Source of the DNA: a virus
Strand: one strand, 5' to 3'
IMG/VR virus record: IMGVR_UViG_3300025122_000005
Location: 96,001-160,000 of that record
DNA: 64,000 nt
The stretch's first letter is position 1, and every line of letters begins with the position of its first letter. The notes beneath the pieces were generated by a model that did no database searches, had not been told where the DNA came from, and worked only from the letters and a program-made list of their open reading frames with translations. Shown here one piece after another: positions 17,670 to 25,947 of the stretch. A program made the position numbers and the translations under genes.

Positions 17670-18286
17670 TGGTACCAGATATATCGATAATTATAACAAA
17701 CTATAACTATGGAAAATTTATTTCGCGATGCTTGAGGAGTTGCCTGAAACAAGAAAGGGCAATATATGAAGTTATTGTAGTCGATGATTGCAGTACCGAC
17801 AATTCCTTCGATATGATAAGACCTTTCGCAGAGCATGTAAGGCTGTTCAAGACACCAAAGAATTCAGGCGTCGCAGCTGCAGCAAATTTGGGAATTGAGA
17901 ATGCTAGGGGTCAATTCTTTTTTCGTGTTGATGCTGACGACTACATAAACAAAGATATGTCCTATATTATGAAAAAGTATTTAGAGTCCAATCATGACGC
18001 ATTTTGTGTTTCTTCTGATTATTTGATGGTTGATGAATACGAAAATACCATTGAAAGAAAATATGCTGAAAATGAAAACATATCTTGTGGTATAATGTAT
18101 CGTAGAGATCTGTTTTTATCTCTTGGAGGATACAATCCCAAAATGAGACATCGAGAAGAAGAAGAGTTAAAGAAGAGGCTAGGTGACGACTACAAGATTC
18201 ATCATCTAAAGATTCCGTTCTATAGATATAGAATGCATAACACCAACAAAACAAAACAACCGGAATATAAGACCTGGGAAGTATAA
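17666..18286 (+). CDS. GT2 family glycosyltransferase
   Basis: SIIITNYNYGKFI.RCLRS, VVDDCSTD, N.G.A.A.N.G, VDADD, HREEEE. Confidence 0.9.
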   Translation: MMVPDISIIITNYNYGKFISRCLRSCLKQERAIYEVIVVDDCSTDNSFDMIRPFAEHVRLFKTPKNSGVAAAANLGIENARGQFFFRVDADDYINKDMSYIMKKYLESNHDAFCVSSDYLMVDEYENTIERKYAENENISCGIMYRRDLFLSLGGYNPKMRHREEEELKKRLGDDYKIHHLKIPFYRYRMHNTNKTKQPEYKTWEV

Positions 18287-18963
18287 TGGCAAAGAGAATA
18301 TTCATAACCGGATGTGCAAAGTCTGGCACTACTCTCTTGTTGAGAATGTGTTTTGCATTTAAAAATGCCGAGGTTTTGTACAGGACGGGGTTTAACGGTC
18401 ACGAGTTGACACTAAACGAGTTTCTGAACACGGAGACAGATAAAAAATTCTTGATAGGAAAGAGACTACCACCGTTTATCCTTAGCAACGTTCCCGCTCC
18501 AGAATTTGAGGACCAGCTTAGGTGGGTAAGGCAGAACGATATAGGGATTATAAACGTAGTCCGAGATGGAAGAGATGTTGTTTTATCGGATGGCGAGTAT
18601 GTCAAACCAGAAAGATGGATATCATCGATGATACAGAGAGAGCAATATTCTGACATCATAGACATGGAGATTAAGTACGAAGACATAATAAGGTTTCCAA
18701 ACAATATTCAGGAAAATATGATGAATGTTTTCGGACTAGAACGAAGTGCTCATTTTTCAGACTATCCTGACTTCGTCAAAGATTGGATATATGATTGGAA
18801 TGTTTCCGTCACCGGCCGAGCCGGGAAGCAAGAAAGTGATTATGGAAAAAGAAAGCTTTCGGAAGTTTCAATAGGAAAGAATCTAGAAGCATATAAGGAT
18901 CTTTGCACTGATGACCAATTAAATATCTTTAATGAGGAGCTAAAAAAGGCGGGGTACATTTAG
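18286..18963 (+). CDS. Sulfotransferase family protein
   Basis: FITGCAKSGTTLL (5'-PSB), VVRDGRDVVLS (3'-PB), KYEDII. Confidence 0.82.
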   Translation: MAKRIFITGCAKSGTTLLLRMCFAFKNAEVLYRTGFNGHELTLNEFLNTETDKKFLIGKRLPPFILSNVPAPEFEDQLRWVRQNDIGIINVVRDGRDVVLSDGEYVKPERWISSMIQREQYSDIIDMEIKYEDIIRFPNNIQENMMNVFGLERSAHFSDYPDFVKDWIYDWNVSVTGRAGKQESDYGKRKLSEVSIGKNLEAYKDLCTDDQLNIFNEELKKAGYI

Positions 18964-19811
18964 TGAACCTATTAGTGACCGGACATAAAGGATATATCGG
19001 CAATCATTTATTTTGGAAGCTAAACTCTCTAGGACACAGCGTCATGGGAATAGATTTGAAAATTGGTGAAGATATATTGGATGGTTTTCAGGAAAAACAT
19101 TTTAGATTTAATCCGGATGTAATTTTTCATTTAGCTGCCATACCAAGAGTTGTATACAGCATTGAAAACCCTGTAGAGGTTATGCACAACAACGTTCACT
19201 CCACTTCTTTGGTTCTGGAATTTGCCAAGAAAGTAGGGGCAAAAGTTGTGTATTCCAGTTCTTCTTCCGTGGTGGGCAATGGTGAAGGTCCCGAGAGTCC
19301 TTATGCGTTGTCAAAGTATGTGGGAGAGTTAGAAACATTGTTATACAGCAAGCTCTATGGGGTCGACACAGTCGCTCTTAGATATTTCAATGTTTACTCT
19401 GTGGACCAAATCGCGGACGGACCGTATGCCACGTGCGTTGCAAACTGGAGAAGATATATCAAAGAGGGGACAACGCCTTATATAACCGGCGACGGAAATC
19501 AGCGTAGAGACATGGCGCATGTTTCCGATGTTGTTTCTGCTAATATATTTTGCATGGAGAACATAAAAAAAGTCAGTGGGAATGTTTATGATGTTGGCAC
19601 TGGTAATAATATTTCGCTAAACGAGATGAAAGAACTGGTACTGAAGTCTTTACCGGACTTAAAATTTGATTACATAGAAGATCGTCCTGGTGATGTGAGG
19701 CTAACTAAGGCGAATGTGCGACCACTTATGGATCTAGGATGGGCACCAGAAGTAGACATAACAAGAGGAATAGCAGAGTGTTTTACGGGGATTTTAAATG
19801 AGCAAGATTAA
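18963..19811 (+). CDS. NAD-dependent epimerase/dehydratase (extended SDR)
   Basis: LVTGHKGYIG, HLAA, SSSS, YALSK, LRYFNVY, GDGNQRRD, RPGD. Confidence 0.9.
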   Translation: MNLLVTGHKGYIGNHLFWKLNSLGHSVMGIDLKIGEDILDGFQEKHFRFNPDVIFHLAAIPRVVYSIENPVEVMHNNVHSTSLVLEFAKKVGAKVVYSSSSSVVGNGEGPESPYALSKYVGELETLLYSKLYGVDTVALRYFNVYSVDQIADGPYATCVANWRRYIKEGTTPYITGDGNQRRDMAHVSDVVSANIFCMENIKKVSGNVYDVGTGNNISLNEMKELVLKSLPDLKFDYIEDRPGDVRLTKANVRPLMDLGWAPEVDITRGIAECFTGILNEQD

Positions 19812-20661
19812 AGCAGTGGGCGTCATCGGCAACGGGTTCGTCGGGCAAGCAATAGGGTTTGGGTTTGTCCCGGTTTTACCTGTGCACATATACGATATCG
19901 ATCCTTTACGTAGCATGAATACTCTTGAAGAGACTGTCAACGGATCAGATGTGGTTTTTGTATCCGTGCCCACACCGATGAATAAGGACGGATCAATAAG
20001 TTTGAGTATTGTTCGGTCTGTTTTGAACAACATATCTCGCGTCAGCACACGCAACGACAATGTTGTCGTCATTAAATCAACTGTTATACCTGGGACTACA
20101 GAGGCATTCTCCGAAGAGTTTAAAAATCTAAATTTAGTTTTTAATCCCGAATTTTTGACAGAGAGGCATGCCAAATATGATTTCTTAAATCAAGCAAGAA
20201 TTGTTCTCGGAGGTCTTCCAGAAAATACTGAAAAAGTAGCAAAATTGTACAGATTAAGATTTAAGCATTGCAACATTATGGAGATGGATTACAACACAGC
20301 AGAGTTTGTAAAATATTTTAATAACGTATTCTTCTCCGTGAAGGTTGCATTCGCAAACGAAATGAAATTAATATGCCAAAAAGCCAGAGTTAATTGGAGC
20401 GATGCTTTGGCTGGCTTCGCTGCTGACGGCCGCGTCGGCGACTCACACTTGAACGTGCCCGGACCTGATGGTAGGCTGGGATTCGGTGGGAGTTGTTTTC
20501 CAAAAGACATAAATGCGTTTATTTCTTTTGCAGACGATTGCGGAGTTAACGCTAATGTGGTTAAGGCTGCATGGCAAACAAATCTAGAGGTACGACCGGA
20601 AAGGGATTGGGAAAATCTCATTGGTCGTGCAGTAGTAAAAGAAATTGACAAGGAGGAATAA
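19798..20661 (+). CDS. ugd: UDP-glucose/GDP-mannose dehydrogenase family protein lacking C-terminal domain
   Basis: GVIGNGFVG, VPTP, KSTVIPGT, NPEFL.E, KYFNN, GFGGSCFPKD (catalytic Cys). Confidence 0.88.
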   Translation: MSKIKAVGVIGNGFVGQAIGFGFVPVLPVHIYDIDPLRSMNTLEETVNGSDVVFVSVPTPMNKDGSISLSIVRSVLNNISRVSTRNDNVVVIKSTVIPGTTEAFSEEFKNLNLVFNPEFLTERHAKYDFLNQARIVLGGLPENTEKVAKLYRLRFKHCNIMEMDYNTAEFVKYFNNVFFSVKVAFANEMKLICQKARVNWSDALAGFAADGRVGDSHLNVPGPDGRLGFGGSCFPKDINAFISFADDCGVNANVVKAAWQTNLEVRPERDWENLIGRAVVKEIDKEE

Positions 20662-20662
20662 A

Positions 20663-20902
20663 ATGAAAATTTCTGATCAAGCATTGGGTGCTGTAATGAT
20701 GGCCCTACAAAAATCTCTTATGGAGCAGGTGGATATTGTTCCCATCCTAAGAGAATTCGATTTTCAAATAAATCAAAACGAGGAATTAGTGGTGACGAAC
20801 CCACCAGCGGTCCACTTTGAATCTGAGACTTTGTTCGACGAGACAGAGGAAGAGTTAGAAATATTTGACAACGAAACAACAAGTACGGTTGGAAGCGATT
20901 AG
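20663..20902 (+). CDS. Small acidic hypothetical protein
   Basis: AAGGAGG RBS at 20650-20656 before ATG 20663; the ORF-track start at 20645 is likely too early. Confidence 0.7.
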   Translation: MKISDQALGAVMMALQKSLMEQVDIVPILREFDFQINQNEELVVTNPPAVHFESETLFDETEEELEIFDNETTSTVGSD

Positions 20903-21150
20903 TGCCCAGGTACGTCTATAGGTGTGAAGAATGCGAAGAAATTTTTGAAGTGGCACACTCTATGAGCCACATTCAAGAAGAGTGTTTATTGTGCAATTCT
21001 GAGAAAGAGGTAACTAGAATACCGGCACCTATTGGGGACAAGGTGGTAGAGAAGGCGGCGAAGACTGGAGATATCGTGAAGCAATATATTAAAGATGCGT
21101 CTTTAGATTTGCGTAATGATAAAAAATCTTCAAAGGTGGAATATAAATAA
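20902..21150 (+). CDS. FmdB-type zinc-ribbon protein
   Basis: MPRYVYRCEECEEIFE...CLLC (MP.Y.Y.C..C...F..CxxC). Confidence 0.82.
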   Translation: MPRYVYRCEECEEIFEVAHSMSHIQEECLLCNSEKEVTRIPAPIGDKVVEKAAKTGDIVKQYIKDASLDLRNDKKSSKVEYK

Positions 21151-21151
21151 G

Positions 21152-21496
21152 ATGGAATTATTAAATATTATATTGATCCTTTCTCTTGTGGTGAACATCA
21201 TTATAGTGCCTTATGCTATTCGGTGTGCCAGAAGATTGTTGGTGGTGGCAAGCAACATGAATTCTTTACAAGAAGGGTTTACCGTATTCCAGGCTCATGT
21301 TGAGACTCTACATGAGTCTGAAATGTTTTATGGAGACACTTCCTTGCGATCTTTGATGGATCACACAAAAGTCATTCTAGAAGAACTAGACAAACATGAG
21401 GATATTTACGCTCTTGTTGTAGACGATACAGAATTAGAAGAGGATATAGGTTTTGGAGACTACGAAGAGAAAGCAGAAACGCCGCGCACGAACTAA
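21152..21496 (+). CDS. Hypothetical protein with N-terminal membrane anchor
   Basis: Hydrophobic LLNIILILSLVVNIIIVPYAI followed by helical and acidic segments. Confidence 0.65.
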   Translation: MELLNIILILSLVVNIIIVPYAIRCARRLLVVASNMNSLQEGFTVFQAHVETLHESEMFYGDTSLRSLMDHTKVILEELDKHEDIYALVVDDTELEEDIGFGDYEEKAETPRTN

Positions 21497-22172
21497 AAAT
21501 TATTATTTTACCAAAGTTCATGAAAATGCCATTGTAGAATATGCAAAAACTAATGATAACAAAATTAGAACACGTTTGTATATCGACTATATACAACCTG
21601 CATTTCATGAAATGGTCGAGAAAATAACTTATACTTATAAGTTTACTACGTTACCAAATATAGATCCTCTCAAGGAAGAGTGTAAAATTTGGCTTACCAC
21701 AATATTGGATAAATACGATCCGACAAAGGGGTCTAAAGCGTTCTCCTATTTTAGTGTTGTTACAAAGCACTGGTTTATCCATAAGCTAAAAAAGAATTCA
21801 GCTAAAAACAAAAAAGAAGTTAGCTATGAAGATCTAGTAAAAGAGTCGATTCACGAAGATCTTATAACTAATGAAGAAGTATATATCAACACAAGAGAAC
21901 AAGCCGAATTCTGGCAATCTTTGTTGTTTGAGGTCGACCGATGGCACAGAGTAGATCTTAAGGAAAACGAAAGGAAGGTCGTGGAAGCAGTAAAGGTGCT
22001 GCTAACAAGTGCCGACCAAATAGAGATCTTCAATAAAAAAGCAATATATCTATACCTCAGAGAAATAACCGGTCTCAACACAAAGCAAATTGTCAATAAT
22101 TTAAATAAACTTCGTTTAAAATATAGAATCTTTAAGCTCAAGTGGGACCGGGGAGAATATGAAAAGAAATAA
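21453..22172 (+). CDS. Phage sigma-factor-like protein (T4 gp55-like late sigma candidate)
   Basis: LDKYDPTKGSKAFSYFSVVTKHWFI resembles sigma region 2 (FDP.K...F.YF) and the C-terminus is HTH-like (LREITGLNTKQIVNNL). Sits at the head of the structural module. Confidence 0.6.
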   Translation: METTKRKQKRRARTKNYYFTKVHENAIVEYAKTNDNKIRTRLYIDYIQPAFHEMVEKITYTYKFTTLPNIDPLKEECKIWLTTILDKYDPTKGSKAFSYFSVVTKHWFIHKLKKNSAKNKKEVSYEDLVKESIHEDLITNEEVYINTREQAEFWQSLLFEVDRWHRVDLKENERKVVEAVKVLLTSADQIEIFNKKAIYLYLREITGLNTKQIVNNLNKLRLKYRIFKLKWDRGEYEKK

Positions 22173-22186
22173 TTTGTCTTTAATAT

Positions 22187-22196
22187 CTACTTATTA
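22187..22196 (+). promoter_or_regulatory. Candidate late-promoter motif CTACTTATTA
   Basis: In the 30-nt gap after the sigma-like gene; similar motifs at 35029, 57935 and 58976. Confidence 0.4.
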
Positions 22197-22201
22197 GTAC
22201 T

Positions 22202-22519
22202 ATGAGCGAACTTAAATTACAAGAATTTATTGAAAAATCTCTTGGCAACATAAGCGAAGACAGAGCGGTAACAAAAACTCTTTTAACCCATCTAATGAAA
22301 TATATGATGGTATCAGAAGACCGGCACAAAGAAGCCGGTATTATCGCTGCTAAATATGTGGAGACACTACAAAGATCAAATGAGCAGTTGGTTAAGTTGG
22401 CAGCACTAATGCACAGAAGAACAGCAGCTGATGAAAAAATATCTGAAGAAGAAAAAGATAATTTATTTGACCTAATCCAAGAACAAGAAAAAGTTTCCGG
22501 GAAAAAAGAAGATGCCTGA
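22202..22519 (+). CDS. Hypothetical helical protein
   Basis: Clean ORF, helical pattern (ETLQRSNEQLVKLAAL). Confidence 0.7.
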   Translation: MSELKLQEFIEKSLGNISEDRAVTKTLLTHLMKYMMVSEDRHKEAGIIAAKYVETLQRSNEQLVKLAALMHRRTAADEKISEEEKDNLFDLIQEQEKVSGKKEDA

Positions 22520-23951
22520 TCCCGACGAAAATTTTCTCAACCCAGATTACGGAGTTCACGGTGCGCACAAGAATCCGAAACAGAAGACCATTTCTGGTCC
22601 AGATCACGCCGGCCTAGCAAATGATTTAGATGTGATAAAAATGGCGGTCGAAGGATCTTTAGATTATTTAACCCCGAAAAGACTAGATGACGGCATCACA
22701 GGTCGTCGCTCGGCAATAGTTCTAAAAGTTGTAGAAGTTGCACTTGAGGACGTAAGAGACCCGATTATTCAAGCAGCACAGAGTGCTTCTGGATTAACGC
22801 CTTCCGAGTTGGGAAAAAAGAAAAATATTCTATTAGTTTATGCTGCTCCAACGGGAGGAAGAGCTTCTTCTTTAATGTTGCCGAAAGACGATAATGATGA
22901 AGATAGGCTGCGAGATTTTCCGAGATTTTATACCTTTGGCGAAAGTAAAGATGCCGCAACTTGGCAGGGCCAACCATGCATGGTCGAAATAACAGACAAA
23001 GAGTTATCAATGTTCGGAATATTTTATAAAACAAACAATCCCACGCCACATTCTCAGGCTCCGACAACGGGCGTTCATGATAATAGTGGAGGTGCTTCCG
23101 GAGCAGCTGCAGCATATAACTCACCGGATGGGCGTGCGACGGTGCCATCAGATTTAAAATTTGATGACACAGGGGAACGAAGTAAATGGGAAAAACCTCC
23201 AGCTGATAAATTTTATCCAAGGGGGAACAAGAAAAGGGCGAAAGTCGGAAAAGATTATACCTCGTTGAGAACAGACGTGTCAAAACATTATGAAGCTCTC
23301 TATAAAGAAGTTCATGCCATGGGAGGTATTATAACTAGTGCAGGGGGGAAGCGACATTTGGCAGATCCGGCGAAGAGCAGAAATGCTGCTCTCTTTTCTC
23401 ATCATAAGTTAGGGAGAGCATTTGACATGTCACCTTACAGTTGTTTTCAAACCAGTAACGACCCGTATTTTGCACAAAGTGCTTGGGGCAATAATGATAA
23501 AATTCGAGTAAGGCGACAAGCTTGGAATATTTGGTGTGTTGCGGATGAAACAAGCCCCGGGGCAACTATGAGTGTGCCAGAAGTTGAAATAATAGCGTGG
23601 TTTTGCAAAAAGCTTGGCGGAGGCAAAACCACAATGCACTCCAAGAAGATTAAAAAGAGAATGTTTAATTTTACAGAATTAGCTGCAAAACATGGGTTTA
23701 CTGGGATTTATTCTAGGCAGCATACAATGAGGGGCAACGAATTCGGAGGATTGGAGTGGTGGCATTTCCAGTCTAACGTTGGGTTAATAACCATGAAAAC
23801 AACGTTTTTAGAAGATGCGTTGAAGTTATATTCCAGTAAACAGATCTTAAACGAAAAATGGGGTGCCGGTGCCAAGAATCACGAAATCTTCTCTAGAACA
23901 TATTATGTAGGAAGCACCTGGAAGACTAAAAGCAAGAAGATAGTATCATAA
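22512..23951 (+). CDS. Baseplate-hub-associated lysin: unknown N-domain plus M15-family zinc peptidase
   Basis: SHHKLGRAFD (S-x-H-x2-G-x-A-x-D) and EWWHF (E-x2-H) motifs of D,D-/L,D-peptidases; directly upstream of the spike gene. Confidence 0.7.
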   Translation: MPDPDENFLNPDYGVHGAHKNPKQKTISGPDHAGLANDLDVIKMAVEGSLDYLTPKRLDDGITGRRSAIVLKVVEVALEDVRDPIIQAAQSASGLTPSELGKKKNILLVYAAPTGGRASSLMLPKDDNDEDRLRDFPRFYTFGESKDAATWQGQPCMVEITDKELSMFGIFYKTNNPTPHSQAPTTGVHDNSGGASGAAAAYNSPDGRATVPSDLKFDDTGERSKWEKPPADKFYPRGNKKRAKVGKDYTSLRTDVSKHYEALYKEVHAMGGIITSAGGKRHLADPAKSRNAALFSHHKLGRAFDMSPYSCFQTSNDPYFAQSAWGNNDKIRVRRQAWNIWCVADETSPGATMSVPEVEIIAWFCKKLGGGKTTMHSKKIKKRMFNFTELAAKHGFTGIYSRQHTMRGNEFGGLEWWHFQSNVGLITMKTTFLEDALKLYSSKQILNEKWGAGAKNHEIFSRTYYVGSTWKTKSKKIVS

Positions 23952-23967
23952 AGACGAGATTATAAAC

Positions 23968-25929
23968 ATGGTAGCAATTGTAAAAGCCCATATAAAAAAT
24001 GAGAAAAATGCAAATATCAAAGTTGTAGTATTTGATAGTGTAAACGGTGCTATTTTAAGACAAAAGGTTATCGAACACGCTCCGAATAGTAAAGGGGTTG
24101 ATGTCGCAAAGGACTGGTTAACGAAGGAATACAGAGACTTTGAATTTACAACAGAGGGAATTTCCGGCACGGACGAAAGACCGCCACCTCCACCAACCAA
24201 TGAAGAGCCACCACCTTCCTTAGAGGACGGGAAAACTCTTGATGAAATATTACAACAAAGGGGAGACTTAACAAAACCGACGCCGGTAACAAAGAAGGAC
24301 GGCACAATTGTTCTAGAAGGTCATACAGTTGTAGATCGCGATATAAATCCAGACAAAATTGGTACTCCACCAACGAGTACGGAAGGCGAGATGGAGATAA
24401 CACTTGCGGAGATGGATCTTGCTCTCGCCGATGCAGAATCTCTCGCAAAGGCAAAGGCATCAAAAGAGGTGGAAGTGGAGAGCCTTCCGCAGGTTCGGTT
24501 GGAACTCCCGGAATTTAGGATTTCTCCGGATGCCACCACTGAGCAAAAGGCATCTCAACTGCGATTATATGGCGACCGTCTTGCTAGGGATTTTCTTGTA
24601 GTTGGCAGCGACTTTTCTGCTCCTCCTGCGGGGCAAGCGAATGTTCCCAACGCCCAAGAAGAGGCCAAGCGTGCCAAGTGCAAAGAAGATAAGGAAAAAG
24701 CATTAAAAGAAAACATAGAAGAAAGAATGGTGAACGTCCGAGGGAATACCTATCATCTCGGGGACAAACCTCTTCCTGCTGACGGCGATAAATGTGATCC
24801 GGTTCAGGCAAAGGTGGATGCAAATGAGCCCGTCAGGGCAGATAAAGGCACCGACGTTTCAGAAACGGTGGCAGAGGAGACACCCCACGATGAGGGAATA
24901 GAACTAAAGCCGGTTGTTCCAAAAGTAAAAAGAGCAATACAGAGGTCTGGATTAACAAAAAAAGAAAAAGAAAATTATGATAAACTACCAAAATCACTAA
25001 AGGCATCAAATCAAGGGGCTTATGGTGACCACTTGTTGGACCCTGTCCCGACATACCGGAAAGCCCCGGTGGATGTCGTGCTTAAAAACAGGTATAATTC
25101 TTGGATTGTTCTAGGAAGAGATAGGACAGATAGTTTGAAAAGCGGATTTGGAGGGAAAGGAAACACTCAGTGCGCAGCAATAGACATTGTTGCCGGTCGT
25201 ATGAGTCCGACCCCAAAGACGGTGGATAAAAAAGGAAATTTGGTCTATGTGGATCCAATTTTCAATGTTGCCTATAACCCCCATGATGAAAGTGGGAATA
25301 GGATCCCGTCGATGGACGCGGCTAGAATATATCTTAGTCAGAAAACTCTTGTTGACCAAAACTTTAAATTAAATCGCGGGTCAATTGGGAACAATGAAGA
25401 GAAGCCAAACAGGAAGGACACTAATCCAAGATCCGCCATTGCCCTTAAGGCAGACGGGATAAGAGTGATAGCAAGAGAGGGCATTAAATTGGTTACGGGA
25501 GTTGACGGATATAATTCTCAAGGTGGTCAGATGACCATTCGTCGCGGAGTAGATATAATAGCAGGAAACGGTAAATGGCCAGGGTCGGGGCTGCAACCAA
25601 TGGTTCTGGGAGATAATATGGCTGATTGTCTTTTTGACTTGGGAGTGATAGTCAGTGAGACGGTGGGGGCGGTTCAGTCTATTCTCGAAAATTTAGCCAT
25701 AACGAACGTATTGTTGAGTTCCCACGTTCATCTCTCTCCATTTTTTGGTTTACCCACAACCCCGGCACCGGGTCCAGCTTTCTTCATACCACCGCAGATA
25801 ACTAAATTGGCAAGTGTTGACACATTTTCTAACGGTGCTGGGAAGTGGGATATTACACGATGGCGTCAAAATTATTTACGTCCCAATGGAGCAAAGCGCA
25901 TAAAGAGTAAGTGGAATAATGTTAATTAA
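23968..25929 (+). CDS. Central baseplate spike protein (gp5-C/gpV-like) with long acidic Pro-rich N-region
   Basis: Beta-strand repeats (WIVLGRDR, IDIVAGR, ARIYLSQ, IALKADGIRVIAREGIKLVT), then QPMVLGD and an HxH apex motif (SHVH, 25723-25731). Confidence 0.6.
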   Translation: MVAIVKAHIKNEKNANIKVVVFDSVNGAILRQKVIEHAPNSKGVDVAKDWLTKEYRDFEFTTEGISGTDERPPPPPTNEEPPPSLEDGKTLDEILQQRGDLTKPTPVTKKDGTIVLEGHTVVDRDINPDKIGTPPTSTEGEMEITLAEMDLALADAESLAKAKASKEVEVESLPQVRLELPEFRISPDATTEQKASQLRLYGDRLARDFLVVGSDFSAPPAGQANVPNAQEEAKRAKCKEDKEKALKENIEERMVNVRGNTYHLGDKPLPADGDKCDPVQAKVDANEPVRADKGTDVSETVAEETPHDEGIELKPVVPKVKRAIQRSGLTKKEKENYDKLPKSLKASNQGAYGDHLLDPVPTYRKAPVDVVLKNRYNSWIVLGRDRTDSLKSGFGGKGNTQCAAIDIVAGRMSPTPKTVDKKGNLVYVDPIFNVAYNPHDESGNRIPSMDAARIYLSQKTLVDQNFKLNRGSIGNNEEKPNRKDTNPRSAIALKADGIRVIAREGIKLVTGVDGYNSQGGQMTIRRGVDIIAGNGKWPGSGLQPMVLGDNMADCLFDLGVIVSETVGAVQSILENLAITNVLLSSHVHLSPFFGLPTTPAPGPAFFIPPQITKLASVDTFSNGAGKWDITRWRQNYLRPNGAKRIKSKWNNVN

Positions 25930-25947
25930 TTTTTGGAAGATAAAAAT

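Noticed and set aside
1-20661. Bacterial O-antigen/capsule locus interpretation
   Set aside because: No export, polymerase or initiating-transferase genes and no housekeeping genes are visible; the locus runs directly into phage baseplate and replication genes on the same strand.
20645-20675. TTGACA upstream of the 20663 gene
   Set aside because: No -10 box at 16-18 nt spacing; the site abuts the RBS.
21142-21149. TATAAATA, identical to the T4 late promoter
   Set aside because: Single instance formed by the last codons and stop of the FmdB gene (TAT AAA TAA) in an AT-rich genome; I did not see it before other structural genes.
24178-24220. CCACCT/CCACCA short repeats
   Set aside because: Simply encode the Pro-rich linker RPPPPPTNEEPPPS; no DNA-level structure beyond codons.
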